DNA of 64,000 nt from Bacilli bacterium (GTDB taxonomy: Bacteria > Bacillota_I > Bacilli_A > RF39 > UBA660): NCBI GenBank assembly GCA_900771805.1, contig CAAGPL010000045.1:70856-134855 (forward strand), given 5' to 3'. The position numbers and the translations under genes are program-made. Positions 10,606 through 19,904 of the stretch are shown in pieces; the first letter of the stretch is position 1; each line of letters begins with the position of its first letter. Below the pieces are notes generated by a model. The model saw only the letters and a program-made list of their open reading frames with translations, was not told where the DNA came from and made no database searches.

Positions 10606-10651
10606 TAAATATTCAGTGCTGGCTAGGACATAAAATACAACTATTCTAGTG

Positions 10652-11614
10652 TCATATTCTATCCCCAATATCTGTTTTTTGTAATTTATTATATTGTAAT
10701 GTCCTTAAAAGATAATCATTATAATCCTTACCATATAAAGGTGGATTATTAATTACATTATAAGATGTTGATAATGCAATTTTTATTGCACTCGCCGAAG
10801 AAATACCTGCTTTATCATTGTCAAGATGAAGTACTACATTTGATATTTCTTTATGATGGTTAAAAAATGTTTTTAATGCAGATGGTACTTTACTTTCTTC
10901 TATTTTTGCTGACGGGTTGTAAACTCCAGCTAAAGATAACATAAAATGCTCTCTCCAATTTTTATTATTCATTTTAAGAAGTGTAGCAAAAGATAACAAA
11001 TCTATTGCACTTTCAAATATATGAACAGTATCTGAGTTTTCCACAGCATTAATTTTAAATGAATAGTTTTTGTCACTACCATACGCATCCTTTAAATACC
11101 TTACACCTTTAGTGCCACGTATCCCAGCGTATCTTATTATGGAGCTATAATCAGCTCCAATAAATACAACGTTGTTATTTATATCTTCATAAATTGTTTC
11201 ATTATATATGCAATAATTTATTATCTCCCTATCTATACCTCTTTTTTCTAAATAAGAAATAGCAATATCATTATTAACATTACGTTTGGGTAATACTAAT
11301 TTATTTTTATTTTTTCTAATAATTGGTCTATTTTCTAGTGTTGGATTAATCTCTAAACAATTTAAAAGATGAGAAACGGCCTCAGTAAAACTATACTTCT
11401 CTACTTTTATTAAGTATTCTAATGCTGTTTTACCACCTATATTTTGTGAAAACCAATACCACATACCATTGCTTATTTTTAAACTATCATGACTTCTAGT
11501 AACGTAAGTATTTCTACTGAAATGAACTAATTCATCAACATTATAATTTTTCAAATAAGTATATAAATCCAATCGTTTTACCTTAATTATGTCTTCTTTA
11601 GAAAAATAACTCAT
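10652..11614 (-). CDS. Toprim-domain primase-like protein (DUF3991/Toprim type)
   Basis: 320 aa; Toprim-like HIFESAIDLLSF and LHLDNDKAG motifs; adjacent to SSB. Confidence 0.7.
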   Translation of the reverse strand: MSYFSKEDIIKVKRLDLYTYLKNYNVDELVHFSRNTYVTRSHDSLKISNGMWYWFSQNIGGKTALEYLIKVEKYSFTEAVSHLLNCLEINPTLENRPIIRKNKNKLVLPKRNVNNDIAISYLEKRGIDREIINYCIYNETIYEDINNNVVFIGADYSSIIRYAGIRGTKGVRYLKDAYGSDKNYSFKINAVENSDTVHIFESAIDLLSFATLLKMNNKNWREHFMLSLAGVYNPSAKIEESKVPSALKTFFNHHKEISNVVLHLDNDKAGISSASAIKIALSTSYNVINNPPLYGKDYNDYLLRTLQYNKLQKTDIGDRI

Positions 11615-11631
11615 TATTTATACCACTCTTT

Positions 11632-11973
11632 TTAGAATCTTTGACTCACTTCCGATTTGTGTCGGTCTTTTGAAGTTAAGAATGTTACTCTTTCACCTGT
11701 TATTACTATTTTTTTATTATTCTCGCTATCAAAATTTGGTTCTAGTTTTCCTCTTATTCCAAGCATATCTCCCTTCTTACAATAATTTGAAGTGGTTTCG
11801 GCTACATTATTCCACAATGTACAATCTATAAAATCAACATCATTCTCTCCATTAGAATTTTTATAATTTCTAGGGACTGCTATCGTTATATTTGATACTT
11901 TTTTTCCATTTTCTAATTCTACTATCTCTGGGTCCTTTGCAAGTCTTCCTATTAAAACAAATTGATTTAACAT
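11632..11973 (-). CDS. ssb: Single-stranded DNA-binding protein (short, ICE-borne)
   Basis: 113 aa; OB-fold start MLNQFVLIGRLAKDPE; no long acidic tail. Confidence 0.8.
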   Translation of the reverse strand: MLNQFVLIGRLAKDPEIVELENGKKVSNITIAVPRNYKNSNGENDVDFIDCTLWNNVAETTSNYCKKGDMLGIRGKLEPNFDSENNKKIVITGERVTFLTSKDRHKSEVSQRF

Positions 11974-11974
11974 A

Positions 11975-12301
11975 TTATAATTCCTCCTTTATTTGTCTAT
12001 TTTTTGTTAATAAGTCATAATAATCATAAGAAGTTTTTTCCTCTGATTTTAAATTATTAATTAATAAAAACATCAATTGTGATGCTTCTGATAAAAATAA
12101 TCTAATCACAACTGATGTCTTAGAACCTTCCTCGTTTGGAATGCTATATTTTAAAATTTTTTCTTTTAAGTTTTCGCCAACGTTGTTAGAATTATCTAAG
12201 ATTGATAAAACATTGTTAAACATATCAATAGTTAATTCTAATTTAATCGGCGGAATTCTTTTTTTATAAGATATAATATCACTTCCTTTCATTAATTTCA
12301 C
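11975..12301 (-). CDS. Hypothetical 108-aa ICE protein
   Basis: ORF packed between the sortase and ssb genes; no motif recognised. Confidence 0.55.
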   Translation of the reverse strand: MKLMKGSDIISYKKRIPPIKLELTIDMFNNVLSILDNSNNVGENLKEKILKYSIPNEEGSKTSVVIRLFLSEASQLMFLLINNLKSEEKTSYDYYDLLTKNRQIKEEL

Positions 12302-12902
12302 ATGTAATTATTAGTTGTTTATTAGTGTTGTGAACACATGTAACTAATATAAGTTCTTTTGAAGAAATAGAATTACTAATCTTTAATTTTCCCGTTTTTT
12401 CTATTTCTTTTATATTGTTAACCTTGTAAGAGTAACTTTTTCCTTTATAAAACACTATAACATTGTCATTAATATTAAGCCTATTTAAATTTTTAAAATA
12501 TGATATCTTACTAGTTCCGGAATGAGCATAAAGAATCAATCTTCCTTCTACATCAGGAAAAGTACTTGTTTGATCAGCACTTATTGCATAATTAATTGAT
12601 TTAAAGTTCTTCGTCGCCATGACAATGCCTTTTCTTAACTTTATTTTTGGTATTTCTAATACTGCTATATAATTTAACTTATTCGATTTTAAACTTACAT
12701 TCTTTTTAACATCTTGAGAAGTATTAATTATTTGATCATAATTATTTATGTAAGTTTCTATAATTTCTTTATCTTTTTTGTTACTTATATAATTAAAACC
12801 TATAATATATATAACAATAAAAATTCCAATTAGTAATAAAAGAACTCCTATTGAGTATAAAATACTATTTTTCTTTTTTAACATTCTTTTTGTGTTTAGC
12901 AT
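12279..12902 (-). CDS. Sortase (ICE-encoded)
   Basis: 207 aa; N-terminal TM anchor; catalytic His context LYAHSG and Cys context LILVTC. Confidence 0.8.
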   Translation of the reverse strand: MLNTKRMLKKKNSILYSIGVLLLLIGIFIVIYIIGFNYISNKKDKEIIETYINNYDQIINTSQDVKKNVSLKSNKLNYIAVLEIPKIKLRKGIVMATKNFKSINYAISADQTSTFPDVEGRLILYAHSGTSKISYFKNLNRLNINDNVIVFYKGKSYSYKVNNIKEIEKTGKLKISNSISSKELILVTCVHNTNKQLIITCEINERK

Positions 12903-15384
12903 AAGTTATAATTACAACTCCTAGTACTATTAAAGTACATGGTATTAAAATTTTTAAAAAGTTAAAACTTGCATCAGTATTTGGAACTTCGATTATCAAT
13001 TCATCTTCTAAAGTGGCTTTAATTATTTCACCATTTTCTTTAATGCTAAAATACTGACGTTCAGGATTTATTTTATAGTTCTTTGGTGCTTCTTTTTCAA
13101 TCAAATAATAGTCATTTACAGGTAAATCATCTATTACTATTTTGCCATTTGCATCAGTTATTCCAGAGAAAATCAATTCATCTTTAGTTGTATAAATTTC
13201 TATCTTAGTATTAGGTAATGGTTTTCCTGTGGATAAATCTATTTTAGTAAAATCTAAAGTTCCCTTCTTATATTTGTTTAATATATCAAATGATTTAGTC
13301 ACGACTTCTGTATATTGATCCTTATAAGTAAGCTCAAAATCATATTCTTTAGTATCTAATACCAAATTATCATTAGGTACTGATAGTTCTTTTATATAAT
13401 ATTTTCCAAGAAACAAGTTATCAAGTTCAGCAACACCTTCATCATTTGTATAAATTGTAGATATTAATTCATTCTTTTTGTAATGTTTTTTTCCATCTTT
13501 TGTTATAATATCTTCTCTTGCATATATACCGAATTTTACACCTTCTAGTGATACCTCTTCATAAGAATAAGATCCGTTTTTAATAATCAATTTTTCTCCA
13601 GTTTTATTTATTGTTACTTTCCCTTTAACTTGTTGATTTTTAAATTTAACTAGAATCATTGTTCCGTAATCGTTATCTGTTATAAGTTCGGAATTTTCTC
13701 CTATTTCAAACTCCATAGAATTTGAATTCCATAAATAACCATCAATTTTTTGATCTATTTCTTCAAGACGATATTTACCAGATTTAAGTGCATAAGGTGT
13801 AATAAACTCACCATTTTCATTTGTTTCAAATTCACATATTTTTTGAGCATTTGGATAAGTAACATTTTGACATACATATTCATTGTTTTGTAAATCAAAT
13901 ATTTTGAATTTAATACCGGACATTTTTATTACCTCTTTAGAATCAGCGTCTATTTTAACAACTTTTAATTTTGCTTTAATTTCAGCATTTGATATTAAAT
14001 GATAATATGGTTCTTCGGTATTTTCGTTTATAGTTATTTCAAAATCTTCTATTTTTTCATGATTTAATGTAGATGATACTTGTTTAACAATGTATTTCCC
14101 ATAAGGTAACACTGCTTCAGCATATCCTTTCTCATTGGTTGTAATTCTTGCTACTTTTTTATTTGATGATTTTAAATAAATATCAAAAGAAACGTTTGGT
14201 TCACCAATTAAGAAACCCGTTTTATCTGTTGCAAAAACCTTAAATAAATCAAAATGTCTTTCGATTACTTTTTCATAAACAGTAACTGTTGGATATAAAT
14301 TATCTTTTGTAATTACAAAATAATATCTATTATCAGTATCTAATTCATAACCTTGTGAGGGTGTCTCTTCTTGTAAATAATATCTACCTTGAGATGGTAA
14401 AGTTCCACTTGTTACAATTCCCTTATCATTGGTTGTAATAGAAGATACTTTTGTACCATCTTCTTTATAAATACCATAAGTTGCACCTTTTAATGTTGCA
14501 TCACCTTGAGGTACTGATAACTTTGTATCTTTATCAACTTTATTTATTGTTACTTTACCACCAATTGATTTAATCTTTAAAGATACTCTATATGGATCTA
14601 TGTTACCCGCGGTCATCAAATTTTGAACTCCATCCGCAACAAAAACAAATGCACTCTTTCCAAATCGATTAGAATTTTTAGATAACTGAATTGTAATATC
14701 TCCAACTTTATTAGGCGTAATATAAAGTTTATTACCATCTTTTTTTATTGTTGCGTTATCATTTGTTGATACTTCATAATTACTTAATACATTATTTGTA
14801 TCATCTAAAACTATCGTATCATTTACTACAACAGTATTATTACTATTTGCAAATGATGGTGCTTTATAATGATTATTTACTAAATTCAATAATTCTGCTG
14901 ATTCAGATTCAAACTGTGAAATATTATTTCCATGAAAACTATCAGCCCAATACGTATCCCAACCTAAAGGGTTTGCTTTCCAAATTTCATATTGAGTTAT
15001 TGCGTACCATTTACTATCAGTATGATTACCATATCCATATCCATAATAAGCTAGTAACGTAATTCTACGCCAAGTATCTATACTCATTCCAGATACATCA
15101 GATTGATTATAATCATATCCTGTAAGTGTTGCACTATCTGAAAAATCAATACCTGGTTCAATACAATATGCAATCTCCGAATCACTACGTTTGTGATAAA
15201 CTTGGATTCTCTCTGATCTTTCTACTCCATTTTTATATTTATTTACATAAATCTTTGGTGTAATCCATTCAAAATAGAATGAATCACTAGTTAATGCTTT
15301 AGCTTTTGTAGTTGCAATTAGCGAAACTATTCCAAACAAAAAAATGGGAAATACCCATTTTAATTTTTTTATAATTTTTTTCAT
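12865..15384 (-). CDS. Cell-wall-anchored thioester-domain adhesin with repeated CnaB/SpaA-like domains
   Basis: 839 aa. It has a signal peptide, then AYCIEP and AITQYEIW (Cys-Gln thioester motifs). Repeated GKVTINK/VVKIDADS modules follow. The C-terminus is VPNTDAS, a hydrophobic helix and a KHKKNVKKEK tail. Confidence 0.75.
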   Translation of the reverse strand: MKKIIKKLKWVFPIFLFGIVSLIATTKAKALTSDSFYFEWITPKIYVNKYKNGVERSERIQVYHKRSDSEIAYCIEPGIDFSDSATLTGYDYNQSDVSGMSIDTWRRITLLAYYGYGYGNHTDSKWYAITQYEIWKANPLGWDTYWADSFHGNNISQFESESAELLNLVNNHYKAPSFANSNNTVVVNDTIVLDDTNNVLSNYEVSTNDNATIKKDGNKLYITPNKVGDITIQLSKNSNRFGKSAFVFVADGVQNLMTAGNIDPYRVSLKIKSIGGKVTINKVDKDTKLSVPQGDATLKGATYGIYKEDGTKVSSITTNDKGIVTSGTLPSQGRYYLQEETPSQGYELDTDNRYYFVITKDNLYPTVTVYEKVIERHFDLFKVFATDKTGFLIGEPNVSFDIYLKSSNKKVARITTNEKGYAEAVLPYGKYIVKQVSSTLNHEKIEDFEITINENTEEPYYHLISNAEIKAKLKVVKIDADSKEVIKMSGIKFKIFDLQNNEYVCQNVTYPNAQKICEFETNENGEFITPYALKSGKYRLEEIDQKIDGYLWNSNSMEFEIGENSELITDNDYGTMILVKFKNQQVKGKVTINKTGEKLIIKNGSYSYEEVSLEGVKFGIYAREDIITKDGKKHYKKNELISTIYTNDEGVAELDNLFLGKYYIKELSVPNDNLVLDTKEYDFELTYKDQYTEVVTKSFDILNKYKKGTLDFTKIDLSTGKPLPNTKIEIYTTKDELIFSGITDANGKIVIDDLPVNDYYLIEKEAPKNYKINPERQYFSIKENGEIIKATLEDELIIEVPNTDASFNFLKILIPCTLIVLGVVIITYAKHKKNVKKEK

Positions 15385-15420
15385 CCTTTCCTCCTTAAAA
15401 AAAATGCTCTTATATGAGCA

Positions 15421-15978
15421 TTAATTAACATTGTGCCAATCTATTGTACTATTATTATCATCATACAAAGATAGCATCCAATAAGTTTTTCCACATTCAT
15501 CAGTTAAACTATCACAATTATATCCATATCTACCTAAATATGAATTTCCTTTATTAACACATTCACCTCTTGATTCAAAATCAGGTCTAAACCAAGAAAA
15601 TGCAAACTTTTTAGGTGTACATGATTTTGTTGTAGTAACAATTTTTGTAGTAGTAACTGGTTGTGTAGTAGTCTGTTGTTGTTTTCTTTTTACAGTTGTT
15701 GTTTTATTGGCTTTAACCGTTGTTTTATTTTTTTCTGATGTTGTCTTAGAAACCTGATCATCATTCTTTTTTGTAGTTGATATTGTCGATTCTTTGGTAT
15801 CTTCACTATCAGGTTTTTCAATATTTTTGCTTGTTTTTTCTTTATTTGTTTTTGATGTTGTAGTTTTATTTTGAATAGATGAGGTTGTTTTTTTTGAATC
15901 AACACACAATAGAATTACACCCAATATTGCAAATAACAAAAATATTGTTATAACTATAATCAAAATTTTCTTTTTCAT
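15421..15978 (-). CDS. Membrane-anchored/secreted Thr/Lys-rich protein with Cys-containing C-terminal domain
   Basis: 185 aa; N-terminal TM, low-complexity linker, and a C-terminal ~70 aa with 4 Cys. Confidence 0.6.
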   Translation of the reverse strand: MKKKILIIVITIFLLFAILGVILLCVDSKKTTSSIQNKTTTSKTNKEKTSKNIEKPDSEDTKESTISTTKKNDDQVSKTTSEKNKTTVKANKTTTVKRKQQQTTTQPVTTTKIVTTTKSCTPKKFAFSWFRPDFESRGECVNKGNSYLGRYGYNCDSLTDECGKTYWMLSLYDDNNSTIDWHNVN

Positions 15979-16138
15979 AAAATTTCTCCTTGTCTTTAAT
16001 TAGTTAGAGCATAACATTAAAATTTCTTTTTTGTCAAACTTTGTAATGAATTTAATATCTTTTTCAGTTAGTAATATATAGTTAGTAATAATATAGGGGT
16101 AGGTTGTAGGGAGGGGAAATATGTAAATAATACTCCCA

Positions 16139-17071
16139 CTATCTTTCCCTATCTTTACATCTTTGTAAATACTTATTGTAATAATCCAATGCTTTAAATA
16201 TATACTCCTTATACTTTGTCGGTGGCATATTTTTTGGCATCTTACTTTTTAAACTTCTCATTTCCAATTTTAGTTTTTCAACTTGATTAGCTTTCTCTTG
16301 AGATAATATTTCATCCACTTTTTGTTGAGTTAAATTACCATCCTGACTTAATCTTTTTAACTGCTGGGATTGTGATAAAGATGGTGTAGCTAAATTTTCT
16401 TCTATACTATCTAAAAACCAATCTTGTTCTTCTTTAGTAAGAAATGATATTTCAACTGCTGGAGAAAAAGCTATTTTTTCTTCATCTACCATATCAAGTA
16501 AGGGTTTAATTAATTTAGTAAGACGTATATATCTTTGAATTTGTCTAGCACTATCTCCAACCTGATTAGCTATTTTAGAATCAGTACGATACTTCGTGCC
16601 AACTTGGCACGAAGATAAATATGTCTTCTTCCCTTGATGTTTTTCAGCTTCTAATTTCATTTGATAAGCAAAGGCTTTTTCACTTGGTAAGATATGTTCT
16701 CTTTGCAAATTACTATCTACCATTGCAATTATTGCTTCATCATTACTTAAATTTCTAACAATGCAAGGAATTGTATATTTATCTGCTAATTTACTTGCGT
16801 ACATTCTTCTATGACCAGAAATCACTTCATACCTACCATTATTTTTTGGTCTAACTAATATAGGTGAAATAACTCCTTTTTCAACAATACTATCACGCAA
16901 GTTATATAAATCTTCGTTTTCTACGACATTAAAAGGATGATTTGGAAAACTATCTATATCATCAATATTAATATCTTTAATCCTTTCTAGATCTTTTTCT
17001 TGTCTTTCCTGTTCTGTTGTAAATATGTCATCTAATCTCGAAAGTGGCATTCTTTGATAGCTCTTTTCCAT
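16139..17071 (-). CDS. parB: ParB/Spo0J-superfamily protein, ICE/plasmid type
   Basis: 310 aa; ParB N-terminal box ISGHRR; overlaps the parA end. Confidence 0.8.
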   Translation of the reverse strand: MEKSYQRMPLSRLDDIFTTEQERQEKDLERIKDINIDDIDSFPNHPFNVVENEDLYNLRDSIVEKGVISPILVRPKNNGRYEVISGHRRMYASKLADKYTIPCIVRNLSNDEAIIAMVDSNLQREHILPSEKAFAYQMKLEAEKHQGKKTYLSSCQVGTKYRTDSKIANQVGDSARQIQRYIRLTKLIKPLLDMVDEEKIAFSPAVEISFLTKEEQDWFLDSIEENLATPSLSQSQQLKRLSQDGNLTQQKVDEILSQEKANQVEKLKLEMRSLKSKMPKNMPPTKYKEYIFKALDYYNKYLQRCKDRER

Positions 17072-17852
17072 TATCTAAAACCTCCTTTGCAAACGACGAA
17101 TAAGCGTCTGCAACTTTACTTTTCTTTTGGTACGAAAATATACTTTTTCCATAAGAAGTTGACTCCGCTGTCTTTATTGCTATTGGAATATAAGTGTTAT
17201 AAATCTTTAAATGATCTCCATAATCTCTTTTCAATTGTGTTTTAACTTGTTTTGATAAATTTGTTCTATCATTAACTAATGTGAATAGAATACCATCTAT
17301 CTTTAATTTTGGGTTTATACGGCGTTTAACACGCGAAATTGTATTAATTAGATGTATCATACCTTTAGCAGCTAAAAACTGGCTCTGAACCGGTATTATT
17401 ACACTATCAGCACATGCAAGTGCATTAATAGTTATCATTCCTAAACTAGGCATACAATCTATAATTATATAATCATATTTTTCCTTTAATGGAATTAAAC
17501 AATTTTTCAATGTATATTCTCTACTCATAGCATTAACTAAAGACATTTCTAATGCAGATAAATCTAAATTAGATGGTATTAAGTTAACACCTTCTTTATG
17601 ATGCAATATAGATTTACTTATTTGTATATCCTTATCTTCAATAGCTTGTCCCATTATATCAGCCAATGTAATTGGTATTTCATCTTGTTTATACCAACCC
17701 ATACAGGTTGTTAGATCACCTTGAGGATCAGCATCTACTAAAAGTACCTTTTTACCTTGTGATGCTAAAGCAACACCCAAATTAAAAGTGGTTGTCGTTT
17801 TTCCAACTCCTCCTTTTTGGTTTGCAATAGCTATAATTTTACAGTTTTTCAT
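17028..17852 (-). CDS. parA: ParA/Soj-family ATPase, ICE-borne
   Basis: 274 aa; deviant Walker A KGGVGKTT. Confidence 0.85.
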   Translation of the reverse strand: MKNCKIIAIANQKGGVGKTTTTFNLGVALASQGKKVLLVDADPQGDLTTCMGWYKQDEIPITLADIMGQAIEDKDIQISKSILHHKEGVNLIPSNLDLSALEMSLVNAMSREYTLKNCLIPLKEKYDYIIIDCMPSLGMITINALACADSVIIPVQSQFLAAKGMIHLINTISRVKRRINPKLKIDGILFTLVNDRTNLSKQVKTQLKRDYGDHLKIYNTYIPIAIKTAESTSYGKSIFSYQKKSKVADAYSSFAKEVLDNGKELSKNATFEIR

Positions 17853-17931
17853 ATATTAATTACCTCCTTGTATAACTCAAAAATACTTACTTAACAAACA
17901 TCAGCCTTTGTTACTTAGTGCAGAATTTATG

Positions 17932-17966
17932 AAAAAAACACCAATTTTTATTAAATTTGGTGTTTT
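17932..17966 (-). terminator. Rho-independent terminator at the ICE right end
   Basis: Minus strand reads AAAACACCAAATTT-loop-AAATTGGTGTTTTTTT; lies between the yabG fragment and parA. Confidence 0.7.
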
Positions 17967-18019
17967 GATACATATAATCTATATTTTAGAATTTCCTTAT
18001 TTTATAAGGGTTTCAGGGC

Positions 18020-18352
18020 TTATTTTGAAACTGAACTTGTTAAAATATCAGCGTCTATATGCAAAATTTTTCCAGGAATATAAAAAAAATCACTTCTTTC
18101 AAAATTTCTAATGGTTCTCATTTTTTCATAAAAAACAAGGTCGTCATCTAAATCAATATTATCAACTAAAACCAAATCATTTATTTTACTATCAGCACAT
18201 AATCTCACATTTATTCCTTTTAAATAAGCAGTATCTTCTTCTATTTTATATATTTTAAATATTACATCATTTTCATAAGATTTTCTTGTAACCACGCTAC
18301 CTACTTGAAACAACTTTATCACCCAATTAAATATATGCAAAAAAAAAATCAA
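18020..18352 (-). pseudogene. yabG: yabG (sporulation cysteine protease) 5' fragment, truncated by the ICE
   Basis: VGSVVTRKSYENDVIFKIYKIEE... and FFYIPGKILHIDAD parallel B. subtilis YabG GDMVARKSYQMDVLF and FHMPGKVLHLDGD. The frame then gives 8 unrelated residues and a stop. The position after rsmA matches Bacillus synteny. Confidence 0.75.
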
Positions 18353-18355
18353 ACA

Positions 18356-19177
18356 TTACTGTTTGATTAATTCGTTTGAAATTTCTATAAATTCTTCTAT
18401 TGTTATATTCTCCGCTCTATAATTAATATCCTTACCAAATTTATTTAAAGTATAATTTATTTTGTCTATATCAAAATCCTTTAAATTATTTTTCAAAGTT
18501 TTTCTTTTTTGCTTAAACGCTTTTCTTACAATTAAGAAAAACATATTTTCATCTATAGCCTTTAATTTATTTTTCTTTTTATTAAATAAAACAACTGCTG
18601 AATCAACATTTGGTTTAGGATAAAAAACATTTCTACTTACCATAAATGCTTTTTTTATATCAAAGTAATAATTTAAAAATATTGTTAAAGAATTGTAATT
18701 CTTACTTCCTATTACCGCACTAAAACGATCTGCAACTTCATTTTGAACCATTACTATTATCTTTGATACATCTATTTTTTCATTTATGAATTTAGATATT
18801 ATAGGAGTTGTTATATAATATGGTAAATTAGCAACTACCATTAAATTATCATATTTATATTTTTGTAAATCTTGCTTTATATTTCTATTTAAAAAGTCAT
18901 CAAAAACAACATCAACATTTTCATACTCATCTAATATTATTTTTAAAGGATCTTTTAAAGTTTTATCTATTTCATAGCCTAATACATTTTTTGCTTTAAG
19001 ACTTAATTTTTTGGTCAATGCTGCTGCTCCAACACCTATTTCAATAACAAGTGTATCTTTTGTTATTTCTGCTAAATCAACAATATTATTTAAAACATTT
19101 TGATCAAGCAAAAAATTCTGACCAAATTTTTTTTTAAAAGTAAAATTATTCTTATTTAAAATATCTTTAGTATTCAT
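18356..19177 (-). CDS. rsmA: 16S rRNA (adenine1518/1519-N6)-dimethyltransferase
   Basis: 273 aa; FKKKFGQNFL start and IEIGVG SAM motif. Confidence 0.9.
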   Translation of the reverse strand: MNTKDILNKNNFTFKKKFGQNFLLDQNVLNNIVDLAEITKDTLVIEIGVGAAALTKKLSLKAKNVLGYEIDKTLKDPLKIILDEYENVDVVFDDFLNRNIKQDLQKYKYDNLMVVANLPYYITTPIISKFINEKIDVSKIIVMVQNEVADRFSAVIGSKNYNSLTIFLNYYFDIKKAFMVSRNVFYPKPNVDSAVVLFNKKKNKLKAIDENMFFLIVRKAFKQKRKTLKNNLKDFDIDKINYTLNKFGKDINYRAENITIEEFIEISNELIKQ

Positions 19178-19234
19178 AAAAGCTCCTTATAATTAAAAAA
19201 CAAATAACTAATCTTATTTGTTTTTTATAATTAG

Positions 19235-19849
19235 TTACCTCCAAGTAACTGCTATATCTATTTGTGTTGGGTTATTTTTTACAAATCCACCGGTATCACA
19301 AACTATTGCTTCACCTAAAGAACTTTCTATTATAGTCCCCTTTGGTCTAATTTCATAATTTGCAGCAACCATAACATATTTACCTAACATTTTAACACCA
19401 TCTTCTCTTACCCAGTATGGATAATCAGTTTCAGTGTATCCCATATTTCTCATTGCCTTAATTACTCTATTCATATTCAAATTATAATATGTTTCTCTTC
19501 CTGAAGGTCCATGCACAACACCTTTACTTTTAGATAATACATCTCCCGACCAAGTACTCTTAGTTGTTGTAGTATTTACTGTAGTTGTCGTTTTAGATGT
19601 TGTTATTTGTTTGTGTGTTGTTTCATTTTCCTTTGTAGTTACTATATTATTTTTATTACTATTAATTATAGAATTCATTGAAGCAACATAATTATTAGGG
19701 TCAAATGTTTTTTTTGTTGTAGACACTGTTATTACATCTACATTTGAAGCTGAAAATAATATTCCAACCTTTGAAAAACCAATAAATGCAACTAAACTTA
19801 TAGTTAATACTATTAAGGCATTTTTAATTTTTCTATTAAAATTTTTCAC
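19235..19849 (-). CDS. Secreted 3D-domain protein (YabE-like position)
   Basis: 204 aa; signal/TM, Thr-rich linker, and C-terminal VCDTGGF...IDIAV (3D-domain Asp pattern). Confidence 0.6.
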   Translation of the reverse strand: MKNFNRKIKNALIVLTISLVAFIGFSKVGILFSASNVDVITVSTTKKTFDPNNYVASMNSIINSNKNNIVTTKENETTHKQITTSKTTTTVNTTTTKSTWSGDVLSKSKGVVHGPSGRETYYNLNMNRVIKAMRNMGYTETDYPYWVREDGVKMLGKYVMVAANYEIRPKGTIIESSLGEAIVCDTGGFVKNNPTQIDIAVTWR

Positions 19850-19904
19850 TTTTTCACCTCACACCCATAACCTGGGTTCGTATATAATGATAACATATAT
19901 GCAT

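Larger units (their letters stand above)
1..18045 (-). mobile_element. Integrative conjugative element (ICE), right-hand ~18 kb; left end and recombinase lie outside the window
   Basis: Uninterrupted minus-strand block of T4SS, relaxosome, primase/SSB, sortase/adhesin and ParAB genes. Right junction is placed where the yabG frame loses homology (about 18030-18050). Confidence 0.8.

Noticed and set aside
16096-16116. G-rich tract as a G-quadruplex.
   Set aside because: One of the four G-runs has only two guanines, so a stable G4 cannot be supported from sequence alone. It is noted only as a compositional oddity.
16139-17852. ParA/ParB pair as the chromosomal Soj/Spo0J.
   Set aside because: The genes lie on the ICE side of the yabG breakpoint, are co-transcribed with conjugation genes, and the ParB has the long ICE/plasmid-type architecture.
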